Made by a program: the position numbers and the translations under genes. Shown here in pieces: positions 29,281-39,999 of a DNA stretch of 64,000 bases. Within the stretch, counting starts at the first letter, position 1, and every line of letters starts with the position of its first letter. The notes beneath the pieces are model-generated. The model saw only the letters and a program-made list of their open reading frames with translations, was not told the origin of the DNA and did no database searches. The stretch is from an uncultured Nitrososphaerota archaeon (GTDB taxonomy: Archaea > Thermoproteota > Nitrososphaeria > Nitrososphaerales > Nitrosopumilaceae), in NCBI GenBank assembly GCA_963701075.1, contig OY969559.1, positions 544,001 through 608,000 on the forward strand. The letters run 5' to 3'.

Positions 29281-29923
29281 ATGCAAATAGAATTAGATCA
29301 AAAGAAAATAGCAAGAAGCGGAGGAAGCACCGTATTGTACCTATCTAATGATGCTAAAAAATACATTCACGAAGGTGACCTTGTAGATTATCAAGTAATT
29401 CTAGACGATAACGTAGTAAAGATATTCATAACAAAAAAGCTGTTCAATTTTACTCTTGAAGATATCAAGAATCTCGTAAAAAAACATGAATTTGAAATAG
29501 AATATGATAAAACACTAGATCATATTCTGGTATTTAACGCAATAAAAAATCATCTTTCATTAAGACTATACTAAGAATGTTAATGAAAAAATATCTCCAG
29601 CAAATATTGCACTTTCTTTAACATGGCCTGACGTGAATGATTATGAAAAATACAAACATGTAACAGAACAGATAGATCAATTAAAAAATAAATACGATTT
29701 GATTACAAGAACTGAAGGAGATTTGGATGTGATTAACATACTGAAAGAACCATCTAGATATAAAGTGGACATAGTAGAGGCATTAAAACTACTTAAGAAA
29801 GCTGGCAAGAAAATAGGCTTATCAGCTGTAATTCGATTTGATGATGGAAAAGACGATCTTAATCGTATATCTAGTGCCCTCAACGAATTAATGACCTTAG
29901 ATTCCAAGATCTCTTTTCAATAA
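29281..29923 (+). CDS. AbrB-like N-terminal domain protein (apparent frameshift at 29565)
   Basis: KKIARSGGSTVLYL...EGDLV AbrB signature; removing the extra base in AG[a]CT fuses it to ORF 29633..29923. Confidence 0.7.
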
Positions 29924-30511
29924 GTGTGCTAGCCGTAACATTATAGGTGTAACCGTAGGTTTTCTATCTAGACCGCTTATTTCTGCTTCAATGATAGTGT
30001 CAGATGAAATAATTTTCTCATCCCCATTAAGTTTAGAAACTATTATCACTACAACACGAACTCCAATTTTTTTAAAGAATTGCTTCCATTCATCAATCTT
30101 TTCAGTTTCATCTTCTTTACACACTATTATTCCATGTGTAGCCACTTTGAAAATCATCTCTGATTCTTTTGATATACGACCTGGGCCATCGCCAATTGCA
30201 ATAACATGACTTTGAGAAAGACTCTTAAATTCTTGAACCGCGGTTGTTACCTCTTTTGTTGTAACATTCGTTCGTTTACGGGAATCTCTATCTTCTTTTG
30301 TCATATTGCCAATGATAAATTCAATTGTTTGAGACCATAAATCCAATTCTTTGTGATCTGCATCTACGGCTATATCTTGTAAGGCTCTTGTAATACGTAC
30401 CGCAAATGTACTTTTTCCAGAATTGGGTGGACCACCAATAATGATTCTAATTGAGGATTTTTTCTCTATGCCTAGCTCTTTTCTGTGTTTGTGATGACTC
30501 ATCTTAACCAC
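29897..30511 (-). CDS. P-loop NTPase resembling the ATPase domain of Csx3-AAA fusions
   Basis: IIIGGPPNSGKST Walker A, IGDGPGRIS, ATHGIIV, W..F motifs. Confidence 0.65.
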   Translation of the reverse strand: MVKMSHHKHRKELGIEKKSSIRIIIGGPPNSGKSTFAVRITRALQDIAVDADHKELDLWSQTIEFIIGNMTKEDRDSRKRTNVTTKEVTTAVQEFKSLSQSHVIAIGDGPGRISKESEMIFKVATHGIIVCKEDETEKIDEWKQFFKKIGVRVVVIIVSKLNGDEKIISSDTIIEAEISGLDRKPTVTPIMLRLAHLLKRDLGI

Positions 30512-30557
30512 AATGAGTGTAGTAATCCTTTATATATTAGGTTTTAATGCCTATAGC

Positions 30558-31607
30558 ATGGCTGTTAGGGCCAATTCACGCACACGAAAGATGGAAATTC
30601 TGCAATTTACCTTACTTGCATCTGAACTAGTTTGGCGGGGGCGAACTCCATTTTTTGCCATAAATTCCAACAGATTTGGTAAACCATGGGAAGTTGAAAT
30701 AAACTATGGCCACGGTGAAGTAAAAGATATCCGAAAAAGAACAGAAAACGGTCCAAGCCGAAAGATCTTCCGGCAGTACCTTCCAGAACTACTCAAAGAG
30801 CGACTACTTACTAGAATAATTACAAAAGATAAAAAATCAAAATATTATTCAATTACTCCTCTTGGAATCATACATTTAATAAAATCTGAAATGTTTTTTG
30901 ATGGCGTCAGATATCCTCATCCTGAACGTAATTATGTATTATTGAGACTGGAAACATTTGCTGAACAAAATGTAAAGCCCTATAAGAGTATAATTTTTGA
31001 AAATGAGAAATTTTTCAAGTCTGATATCGATTTATTGAATGATATGTGGAAATCTCATCTTATTAGTCTTAGAGAAGAAATAACGCATGTTTTTACAAAC
31101 GTTGACATAATACAAGAACAAATGAATACAGAATATGAGTGGAATCACATGGAATACTATATTACAAATGGATATTCTGACGGAAATAGAATAAGATTAG
31201 CAAGCTTTGATTTAGAAAATAATAACTATGTAAAAATAACAGAATTAAATCAACTTCCTTCAGTAAGAGGCAGTGATTCTTCTGAACGTGAAGATAACGC
31301 TTTGATCCTAGATTCAGATCAGTTTAATCATTATCTGGCAAATCTTATGCTTTGTTCATTAATTTACGATAGTATAATGGCACACTATGATATAGCTAGA
31401 TATAGAAAAGTAAAGTGGGGTAGGAAAAAAGAATCAACAAAGACCATGGATGAGGAATTCAAAGAAGATCTGAAAAATATCCCGGAATATTTTTTGCGAA
31501 TACTCTTCTTATTTAGTAAACATATTTTACGCATAACGCAAGACCAATATCAATTAACAGTCAGATTTAGTGATAATTTGACTAAAACTCAATTCATAAA
31601 AAACTGA
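30558..31607 (+). CDS. Hypothetical protein with N-terminal winged helix
   Basis: QYLPELLKERLL...KYYSITPLG wing motif; TTTATATA at ~30528 favours ATG 30558. Confidence 0.6.
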   Translation: MAVRANSRTRKMEILQFTLLASELVWRGRTPFFAINSNRFGKPWEVEINYGHGEVKDIRKRTENGPSRKIFRQYLPELLKERLLTRIITKDKKSKYYSITPLGIIHLIKSEMFFDGVRYPHPERNYVLLRLETFAEQNVKPYKSIIFENEKFFKSDIDLLNDMWKSHLISLREEITHVFTNVDIIQEQMNTEYEWNHMEYYITNGYSDGNRIRLASFDLENNNYVKITELNQLPSVRGSDSSEREDNALILDSDQFNHYLANLMLCSLIYDSIMAHYDIARYRKVKWGRKKESTKTMDEEFKEDLKNIPEYFLRILFLFSKHILRITQDQYQLTVRFSDNLTKTQFIKN

Positions 31608-31625
31608 TTAGTATATCATGATTCC

Positions 31626-31772
31626 ATGATCGGTATACTTCCTTATTTTTACTTAAGGAAGAGCGACAGAAATCGAGCTAAAAAATGTTTGATATTAGGA
31701 ATTGTTGCTATTCCTGTCTCGTTTGTGGTTGGATTGTTCGCTATTGTAGCGAGTATTTTGATCAATCATTGA
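31626..31772 (+). CDS. Small membrane protein or gene fragment (48 aa, not in ORF track)
   Basis: MIGILPYFYLRKSDRNRAKKCLILGIVAIP..., one hydrophobic helix. Confidence 0.4.
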   Translation: MIGILPYFYLRKSDRNRAKKCLILGIVAIPVSFVVGLFAIVASILINH

Positions 31773-31878
31773 CCCATACTCAAAGCCCACTTGGACTAGA
31801 ATATCTGATCTAAAATTTATAACTATAATTTAGCTGGTTTGTAATTGTTTATAATCAATTAGTAATTTAGTTATCAAG

Positions 31879-32505
31879 GTGTACCATAACTACTCTTTAC
31901 TAACTGTCAAAAAATTATTTAGTCTTCATAATAATCACTGTGCATTTCTTGGATGTAAGCAGGAATTAATTACAACAGACAAGAAAATCAATGTTTCAGA
32001 TATATGTCACATTGAAGGAGGAGAAGAGGATTCACCTCGATATAATCCTAGTTTGGGTCCAGCAGAATTAGATGATTACGAAAATTTAATCTTAATGTGT
32101 AAGGTTCATCATAAAATAATCGATACTGATACCATGACCTTCACCGTATCTTATTTAAAAAAATTAAAGATTGAACATGAGAAAAATCAAAATGGACAAG
32201 TATATTCAATTTCAGATGAAGTGGCAAAAAGGATCATTGCAGAACAAATGACTCAAGTAAATGTGAATGCGGGTTCTGGAATTCAAAATATTACTCAAAA
32301 AGGTGATATTATTCATTATGATAATCCTCCTTCTTCAGATGGTCCTTTGATGATATTTTATCAGATACCTAGGAATTGCATATTATGCGGGAGTATGAAT
32401 ATTCGACATATGGAGGGATTTCAAATGAATGGTCGTGAACGCAGAAATAGAACATGTAGAGATTGTGGTGCTATTATGATTTTAGCGGACGGAATAGGAG
32501 GATAA
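31879..32505 (+). CDS. HNH endonuclease with C-terminal Zn ribbon
   Basis: CAFLGC, ICHI, PRY, NLILMCKVHHKIID; C-terminal CILCG...CRDCG. Confidence 0.85.
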   Translation: MYHNYSLLTVKKLFSLHNNHCAFLGCKQELITTDKKINVSDICHIEGGEEDSPRYNPSLGPAELDDYENLILMCKVHHKIIDTDTMTFTVSYLKKLKIEHEKNQNGQVYSISDEVAKRIIAEQMTQVNVNAGSGIQNITQKGDIIHYDNPPSSDGPLMIFYQIPRNCILCGSMNIRHMEGFQMNGRERRNRTCRDCGAIMILADGIGG

Positions 32506-32622
32506 ACTCCAACTGCCATCTTTCAATCATGCCAAAATTAGTTAGACGAATTATTGTTATAGATAGACGGTAAATACGAACTAAGAATTAATTTAAGTAG
32601 TAAATCCATTACCTAGAACTGC

Positions 32623-32928
32623 TTGAGCTGGAAGTCGTTTAGAGATGATTATCTTACTAATCTTTTCATCATTTGGCACATAATATTAACTGGAATCAAT
32701 CTTCTGAGTCATGCTTCACCATTAATCAATAGTTTTAGAACCTTGCTATGGGCCAATGATGGATGGCTTGTAATAATAATGCCAATTGCGATAACGGAAA
32801 TTTACTACCAAGTTATGATGATACGAAACAATCCAGAATTTTTTGAAAAAGTCAGACATGGAATAGAAAATATGCTCTTGCCCCGTTTATTTGGGCACGA
32901 GTTTTTACAGATATCATTCTTGCCTTAG
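32623..32928 (+). CDS. Small membrane protein
   Basis: Two hydrophobic segments. Confidence 0.4.
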   Translation: MSWKSFRDDYLTNLFIIWHIILTGINLLSHASPLINSFRTLLWANDGWLVIIMPIAITEIYYQVMMIRNNPEFFEKVRHGIENMLLPRLFGHEFLQISFLP

Positions 32929-33052
32929 TAGGAGTTTCCCTTATCATAGGCGACCAATTTCCTGGTTCCATCATAGACATAAACAAGTATAATTTTTGGG
33001 ACGTGTTCTCATATGTGGCTATTTTACTTTCTTTAACTTACGTTTTGCAAGG

Positions 33053-33065
33053 TTTAAACATCGCT
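33053..33065 (+). repeat. attR core TTTAAACATCGCT
   Basis: Identical to 20743-20755; just upstream of adenine deaminase. Confidence 0.8.
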
Positions 33066-33094
33066 TTAATAATGTATTTGCCCAAAGTCACTTT

Positions 33095-34868
33095 GTGAAG
33101 GCCAGCTCTCTTGCATCTATGATTGGTTCACTAAACAAAGTTGCGATGGGCGAAAAAAAAGCAGACATTGTATTGAAAAACTGCAAACTTGTCAATGTAT
33201 ACTCGAGAGAAATAATACCGCAAACACAGATTGCCATTTTTAAAGACAGAATTGCATATGTTGGAAAGGACGCGTCGCATACTGTTGGTGAAAAAACTGC
33301 AGTCATTGACTTGGAAGAAAAATTTGTCACTCCGGGATTTGCAGATTCACACATACACATGGACCAGTACATCATGCCTTCTGAACTTGCAAAACATTCT
33401 CTTCTATGTGGAACTACTACATTATTTTCAGATCCAATTGATATTGTAAGTGTTTGTGGATACCGGGGCTTTAGGGAATTTGTCAAGATGACAGAGAATC
33501 TACCAATAAGGGTATTTCACATGATACCAGGCGGTCTTCCAGTTGACAGAAAGTTTAGTCATGCAAGAACAATATCACAGACAGAACAGAAGAGGGCCTT
33601 TGAATTAGAAAATGTTCTTGGCATGGGGGAAGTATTTTCCTGGACCAAGGTCACAACGCGGGATCCAAATACAATTCAAAGTCTAAATTACATTCTTGAA
33701 AATGATGGAATCATAAACGGTCACACTGCAGGTGCAAGCGACAAGAAGCTGAAATGCCTACATTGCATCTGGAATATTATCATGTCATGAGCCAATAGAC
33801 TATGATCAAGTGATGGAGAGACTAAGGCTTGGAATGTGGGTTATGATGAGGGAAGGATCGATACGAAGAGACCTTGATAAGATAATACCAAACGTGCTAT
33901 CTCAGAAGACCTATTTTGATAGGCTGATGTTTTGCACTGATGGAGTAACTCCAAAGGATCTCTTAGACTTTGGCATGATTGATCATTGCATCAGAAAATC
34001 AACATCTATGGGAATGGAATTGATAGATGCGATAACCATCGCATCTCGAAACTGCTTTGAATATTATAAGATGGATAAAGACTTGGGGGGAATTGCTCCG
34101 GGAAAGCTTGCCGACATTCTAGTTTTCGGTGATCTAAACAAGGTAAAACCGGACAAGGTCTTCGTGGGAGGAAGATTAGTGGTGGCTCACGGTAAACCTG
34201 TATTCAAAAATGCAAAACTAGCAATCTCAAAATGGATGACAGAAACGGTAAAAGTACGACGTAAATTTACCGAGAAGGATTTTGTGGTCAAGAGCAAGGA
34301 AAATTCTACTCAAGCCCTTGTAATCCGACTAGATACTGAAATTATAACAAGAAAGGATCATGAAGAGCTTTGCGTAAAGGACGGAAATGTAATTGCTTCT
34401 CAAGAGAAAGATGTCTGGAAGGTGGCAGCAATAGACAGAACATATGGTACTGGACAGCAATGTGTTGGATTCTTGAAGAACTTTGGTGGTGAGATTGGAG
34501 CCTTTGGATGTACGCAGAGCTTTCATGAAAATGACCTGATCGTAATTGGCTCCAATGAAAAGGACATGGCCTTTGTGACAAACGATCTAGTAAAAACGCA
34601 GGGTGGAATGGTTGCTGCAAGAGATGGAAAAATAATCTGCAAATTTGAAATGCCTGTTGCAGGCCTAGCCTCCAAATTACCCCTTGAGGAGGCAGTAACC
34701 AAGTACAAGGAGGTTGACGAAAAGCTAGTTGAGGCAGGATGCAGATTTAAACAACCTCATCTAATTCCGCTCTTTCTCCCATTTCTTGCATTACCGGAGA
34801 TTAGAATCTTGTATAGCGGTATAGTAGATGTTAAAAACAGAACTTATCTTAAAATTTTGGATGGATAA
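33095..34868 (+). CDS. ade: Adenine deaminase (apparent frameshift at ~33751)
   Basis: PGFADSHIH, GMGEV, NGH, SCHE (after correction), MREGS, FCTDG, IAPGKLADI; GTG start at 33095 assumed. Confidence 0.9.
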
Positions 34869-34912
34869 GGTATTAAAAGGGGAAACTAAATCACGATAGC
34901 GAGAGGATAATT

Positions 34913-36541
34913 TTGGCTTCAATTCAACAAACACCACAAGGTCCTGTTCTTGTGCTAAAGGAGAGCGCCTTACAGCAAAAGGGACGAGATGCTCAGAAAA
35001 ACAATATTGCAGCAGCAAAACTTGTTGCTGAACTAGTACGAACAAGCCTTGGCCCAAGAGGAATGGACAAGATGCTTGTAGATGGATTAGGCGATGTTAC
35101 AATTACAAACGATGGTGCAACTATTCTAAAGGAAATTGACGTTCAACATCCGGCAGCAAAGATGATGGTAGAGATCTCAAAGACAGTAGACACTGAAGTA
35201 GGAGATGGAACAACATCCTCTGTTGTCTTTGGCGGAGCCCTTTTGGCAAAGGCTGAAGAGCTATTAGAAAAAGATGTTCACGCTACTGTGATCATTGAGG
35301 GATTCCAGGCGGCTTCTGAGAAGGCACTTTCTCTTCTCCAAGAGCTTGCCAAGCCTGTGAGCCCAAATGAAAAGGACATTCTTTTGAAGGTTGCAAAAAC
35401 AAGCATGGAATCAAAACTAATCTCAGAGGATAGTGGCATGCTCTCAAAACTTGTTGTGGATGCAATCCTGCAAGTAGTTGAAAAAGAGGAAGGAGGCAAT
35501 AAAGTTGATCTAGATAATATCAAAGTAGAAAAGAAAGCTGGTGGCTCGATTAGAAATACACAACTCATCAAAGGCATTGTACTTGATAAAGAAATAGTTC
35601 ATAGTGGCATGCCCACAAAAACAGAAAAGGCAAAAATTGCTCTGCTAAATTCCGCTCTTGAAATTGAAAAGACCGAGATGAGCGCAGAGATCAGAATTAC
35701 CGATCCTTCTCAAATGCAAATGTTCCTTGAGGAAGAAAATAGGATGCTAAAATCCATGGTAGACAAGATTCATGAAATTGGTGCTAATGTACTGATATGT
35801 CAAAAGGGCATAGATGACATTGCACAACATTACCTTGCAAAACAAGGAATCCTTTCAGTAAGAAGAGTAAAGGAAAGCGATATGACAAAACTTGCAAAAG
35901 CAACTGGTGGAAGAATCAGCAGCAATATCGATGACATGACTGCAAAGGATCTAGGATCTGCTGAACTAGTAGAACAAAGAAAGGTAGAGACAGAAAAGTG
36001 GACATTTATTGAAGGATGCAAGAATCCAAAGGCAATTACAGTGCTGATTAGAGGTGGCTCACAAAGAGTTGTAGATGAAGTAGACAGATCACTTCATGAT
36101 TCATTAATGGTGGTAAAAGACGTAATTGAAAAGCCAGCAGTTGTAGCTGGCGGCGGCGCTCCAGAAGAATTTCTTGCATCACATCTAAAAGACTGGGCAG
36201 ACAGATTCGAGGGAAGAGAGCAGCTTGCAATCAAAAAATATGCAGAAGCTCTTGAAATAATTCCATTGACAATAGCCGAGAACGCTGGTATGGATCCAAT
36301 CAATACCATGGTTACTCTGCGTGCAAAGCACAGTCAGGGCAAGAAATGGACTGGAATTGATGCACGAAATACAAGGGTGGCTGACATGTACTCTCTTGAT
36401 ATCATAGAGCCGGTGGCAGTAAAGGAGCAGATAATAAAATCTGCAACAGAAGCTGCATGCATGATTCTAAGAATAGATGATGTAATCGCATCATCTGGTA
36501 AAGGAGGACGAGGCGGACCTCCAATGCCTCCAATGGGCTAA
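34913..36541 (+). CDS. ths: Thermosome (group II chaperonin) subunit
   Basis: [30 protein letters not shown]. Confidence 0.96.
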   Translation: MASIQQTPQGPVLVLKESALQQKGRDAQKNNIAAAKLVAELVRTSLGPRGMDKMLVDGLGDVTITNDGATILKEIDVQHPAAKMMVEISKTVDTEVGDGTTSSVVFGGALLAKAEELLEKDVHATVIIEGFQAASEKALSLLQELAKPVSPNEKDILLKVAKTSMESKLISEDSGMLSKLVVDAILQVVEKEEGGNKVDLDNIKVEKKAGGSIRNTQLIKGIVLDKEIVHSGMPTKTEKAKIALLNSALEIEKTEMSAEIRITDPSQMQMFLEEENRMLKSMVDKIHEIGANVLICQKGIDDIAQHYLAKQGILSVRRVKESDMTKLAKATGGRISSNIDDMTAKDLGSAELVEQRKVETEKWTFIEGCKNPKAITVLIRGGSQRVVDEVDRSLHDSLMVVKDVIEKPAVVAGGGAPEEFLASHLKDWADRFEGREQLAIKKYAEALEIIPLTIAENAGMDPINTMVTLRAKHSQGKKWTGIDARNTRVADMYSLDIIEPVAVKEQIIKSATEAACMILRIDDVIASSGKGGRGGPPMPPMG

Positions 36542-36549
36542 ACCATTTC

Positions 36550-37563
36550 ATGCTAGAAAAACTAGAAAACATTAACCTAGTAGATTCAGTTGTTGTTCTA
36601 AACGATTTTTTTCTTGATAGGATAATTTCTATACCTGATCTTGGCAAGGTCTACAGCCAGATTCTTGAGAAAAGCAAGCTTGGCGGAAGCATCCGCGGTG
36701 TTCCACAAAAGGACCTCAAAGGTGGCAATGCTACAAATGTTGCATATGCTCTTGCAAAGCTTGGGTGTCCTGTCTCTCTTATTACGGTGGCAGACAAGGC
36801 AGGCTCTGCTCTTCTAACTGAGGTATTTTCAGAGTTTGAAAATGCATCGCTTTTTGTAATTGACGGAAAACCAGGCAGAACTACCGCACTTGAATTTCGA
36901 GATGGCAGAAACATTACAAACGTGATGCTCTCTGATCTTGGTGACAATGAAAATTTTGGACCTGAAAAGCTTGGAGCAAAGGAACAACAAGCACTAAAAA
37001 ACTCCAAAGCCGTTATTGTGGCAAATTGGGCAAGCAACAAGAAAGGAACGGAACTATCAAAGTTTGCATTTGAAAAATCTAGCTCTGCGCTTCATTTCCT
37101 AGATCCTGCTGACACACAAACAAGACCTAAAGAATTCAAGGAAGCCCTAAATGAACTCCACTCTAGCTTGAATTCTCTATGTATCAATGAGAATGAATGT
37201 AACATATTGCTCAAACAGTATGGCCTTGGCACAATCTCTGATGCTAAAGGCACAAAAAAACTAGTTCAAGAACTGGCAAAGAAGATATCTGTAGCAATAG
37301 ATCTTCATACTGCTTCTGGCTCCTACTGGTCAAATGGAAGCGAGGTTGAATTTGTCAAGTCATTTCAAGTCGAACCTGTTATTGTTACTGGCGCAGGAGA
37401 TGTGTGGGATGCAGCAAATATCGTGGGGTATCTTGCAAACCTCAGTACACAGGAACGACTCGTCTTTGCAAATGGTACCTCTGCACTTTACATAAAAAAC
37501 ACGCAAGGAGATCCCCCCACATTACATGAAGTATTGTCTTTTGCAACAAAAAATTGGGCCTAG
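36550..37563 (+). CDS. PfkB family carbohydrate kinase
   Basis: GGNATNVA, NENE, TGAGD. Confidence 0.88.
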   Translation: MLEKLENINLVDSVVVLNDFFLDRIISIPDLGKVYSQILEKSKLGGSIRGVPQKDLKGGNATNVAYALAKLGCPVSLITVADKAGSALLTEVFSEFENASLFVIDGKPGRTTALEFRDGRNITNVMLSDLGDNENFGPEKLGAKEQQALKNSKAVIVANWASNKKGTELSKFAFEKSSSALHFLDPADTQTRPKEFKEALNELHSSLNSLCINENECNILLKQYGLGTISDAKGTKKLVQELAKKISVAIDLHTASGSYWSNGSEVEFVKSFQVEPVIVTGAGDVWDAANIVGYLANLSTQERLVFANGTSALYIKNTQGDPPTLHEVLSFATKNWA

Positions 37564-37586
37564 CTCAAAAATGGACTAGAATCATC

Positions 37587-37817
37587 TTACAACAAGTCAC
37601 TGTACTTTTTATAAGATAATTCCATTTTTTTGTCACAGTGTGTTTTGTGCTTTGGAAGCTTTTCAAGGCATATCTCACAATAAACTTGAGTAGTTGGCTT
37701 GTGGCAGCGCTTGCAAACAAGAGTTTTACATTTAGTACAATGAACGGTATCGTTATGCCCGCAGACTATACACTTGATCGCTGGGCCTGCCTTGGCATTC
37801 CCATGTATTTTGTGCAT
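37587..37817 (-). CDS. Small Cys-rich Zn-finger protein
   Basis: Four CxxC pairs in 76 aa. Confidence 0.6.
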   Translation of the reverse strand: MHKIHGNAKAGPAIKCIVCGHNDTVHCTKCKTLVCKRCHKPTTQVYCEICLEKLPKHKTHCDKKMELSYKKYSDLL

Positions 37818-38222
37818 ATCATCTGGTTTGAATTGATACCAATTTTAAATTTGGCATGACTATTGGCCATTATTAGGCATATATCATGGCTGTCTCATTT
37901 TGCCGCGGCTCAAAACTAGAATTTTGCCTTTTTACGATGAAAAACACGTCAACACTTCATGATGTTATAAGTATGATTGGTCGGAGTTGGATATTATATT
38001 GAAAAACAAAAAGAGTTTAGAATCTAATTTTTTTTACTTTTTTGATTCTTCAGATTTTTTTACGGTATTCATGTCATCAGATGATTTCTTGTTACAAGAG
38101 CAAGATTTCAATTTTGCAATTATTTCTTTTAACATGTTTAGTACGACTTTCACGGTTATATAAAGGCAGGAATATTAGGATAAAGACTTCAGAGGATCAA
38201 CTCTTGCCAGATTTATGTCAGA

Positions 38223-38384
38223 CTATAACTTGATGGAGATAACTTTGTTGCAGTCCATGCACTTGATGGTATTCTGCTCACGCTGAATGTTGTCAGAACC
38301 GCATCTTATGCAAATGAGTATGTATTTTCTCAAGCTTTTTACTCCAAAGAAATTCAAAAGTTCAAGCTTGTTACTTGATGCCAT
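38223..38384 (-). CDS. Small Zn-ribbon protein (53 aa, not in ORF track)
   Basis: MASSNKLELLNFFGVKSLRKYILICIRCGSDNIQREQNTIKCMDCNKVISIKL. Confidence 0.6.
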   Translation of the reverse strand: MASSNKLELLNFFGVKSLRKYILICIRCGSDNIQREQNTIKCMDCNKVISIKL

Positions 38385-38538
38385 CTCTAACCACAATCAA
38401 CTTCGTTTTGTGTAATTTAATCAGTAGGTATGCACTAGAGTGCATTGCAAACATCATAGCCATCAATTCTAGAAATAAAGAATCAATTTTCATTCTTATT
38501 GTAAAGGTTTAGGTTAGAGGCACAGGCTAGCACATCAA

Positions 38539-38808
38539 ATGGTGGAATTCAAGAAATGTAGAAAGTGCCAAGCAAACAGGGTTGGCTTTGAATGGATTCA
38601 AAATAATGTCAATGACGTGATGGTATCTAACAAGTATCCTGGAACCGCCACTGATAGTCAGAATATATTGAATCGTCTAATAGAACACGTAAAACTAGAA
38701 ATCAATAAAGATGGAAAACCACCTTGTTCTTTGTGCTTATCTGAATACGGGCAAATGATCAATGATGCGGTATATTCATTCAAGAAGAAAAACTACACTC
38801 AAAGGTAA
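38539..38808 (+). CDS. Hypothetical protein with two CxxC motifs
   Basis: CRKC ... CSLC. Confidence 0.55.
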   Translation: MVEFKKCRKCQANRVGFEWIQNNVNDVMVSNKYPGTATDSQNILNRLIEHVKLEINKDGKPPCSLCLSEYGQMINDAVYSFKKKNYTQR

Positions 38809-38946
38809 AAGAACAACTGCGTCAATTCCTTGCCTAATCTAATAGATTAGAATTTGGTTGAGGGGATCAAACTAGTTTATACCTTTGATTAGGAAATAAT
38901 TATCCAATGGCGATATTTTACGCACTATAATAAATGGAGATTTGGA

Positions 38947-39888
38947 TTGGCGACAATGTTAATGGCGTTATGTTTCCTAGGTTCAACTGGTATTCCTAAT
39001 GTATTTGCTCAAAGTATTACAAATGTCGCAACGTTATTGATTTACACCGATGTACCTTGGCAAGGGAACATAGGAACCTCGTCCAATTCTACATCAATAA
39101 ATGGTAATACTTATGCACAATATTCTTTTGTCTGCAATTACAATGATACTTATTCCATAACATTGCAAAGTGCAGAAAGTACGGGAAGAGGAATAGGGAT
39201 ATGGACAGTTGCAAATCTAATTCAGGATGATAAAATGATTGATATGGCAGTAAACAGAGTGGCTAACGGAATAATCAATCTATCTGGCCAATGTCATGTG
39301 GCTAAATTTTCTATGGCAAATAATGGAATGGTTTCATTCTCAACTGATAAGACAACATATCAATACGGTGAACCAATTCGAATTTCCGGAGAAACGCTGC
39401 CAGATTTTCAAAGAAACTATGTTCTGAGCATTACAATATTAAATTCTGACGGTCTTATCATGAAAAGAGATAGTACACTTGTAAGGGATAATATTTTTCA
39501 GGATTATGTAACTGCGCATGGAGGATTGTGGAAACCAGGAAAATACAAAATCCAAGTTCAGATAGCAAATTCCATGGCAGAGACTGATATTACAATCAAT
39601 TCCGTTCAACAAGGGCAATCTACAACAACATCTGAAAACCATATACCAAGTTGGATTAAAAATACCGCAAAATGGTGGTCAGATGGAAGTATAAGTAACA
39701 GTGAATTTATTCAAACAATACAATATTTGATTCAACAGGGAACTCTAAAAATTCCAAATTATTATTCAAATAGTATTACAACTCAATCGTTACTTCCTTG
39801 GATCAAAAACAACGCGGCCTTGTGGGCAAATGGACAAATATCTGATGATGACTTTGTTAAAGTATTGCAGTATCTAAATATCCAGTAA
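38947..39888 (+). CDS. Secreted/surface protein with Ig-like domain and two thaumarchaeal C-terminal (I/L)PxWIKN domains
   Basis: Signal peptide, STDKTTYQYGEPIRISG, IPSWIKNTAKWW...IQYLIQQG, LPWIKNNAALW. Confidence 0.75.
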   Translation: MATMLMALCFLGSTGIPNVFAQSITNVATLLIYTDVPWQGNIGTSSNSTSINGNTYAQYSFVCNYNDTYSITLQSAESTGRGIGIWTVANLIQDDKMIDMAVNRVANGIINLSGQCHVAKFSMANNGMVSFSTDKTTYQYGEPIRISGETLPDFQRNYVLSITILNSDGLIMKRDSTLVRDNIFQDYVTAHGGLWKPGKYKIQVQIANSMAETDITINSVQQGQSTTTSENHIPSWIKNTAKWWSDGSISNSEFIQTIQYLIQQGTLKIPNYYSNSITTQSLLPWIKNNAALWANGQISDDDFVKVLQYLNIQ

Positions 39889-39999
39889 TCTTCAACAAAA
39901 AGGATCTATTCCTTGTGAAAAGACTAGCCTTGAATTTTGTACTTTGATTGAGAGGCCGTAGCCATGTAGGAATAGTGATTTAATTGGCTCTTCTTGCCT

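Larger units (their letters stand above)
20743..33065. mobile_element. Integrated element (~12.3 kb; integrative plasmid/IME-like)
   Basis: Integrase at the left end, 13-bp direct repeats at both ends, AT-rich non-housekeeping cargo, housekeeping genes resume on both sides. Confidence 0.85.

Noticed and set aside
20743-33065. Provirus or conjugative element
   Set aside because: No recognisable capsid, packaging ATPase, VirB4/VirD4 or pilin motifs in the 12.3 kb.
32996-33094. N-terminal extension of adenine deaminase given by the ORF track
   Set aside because: It runs across attR into element DNA; GTG at 33095 or a downstream ATG is more plausible.
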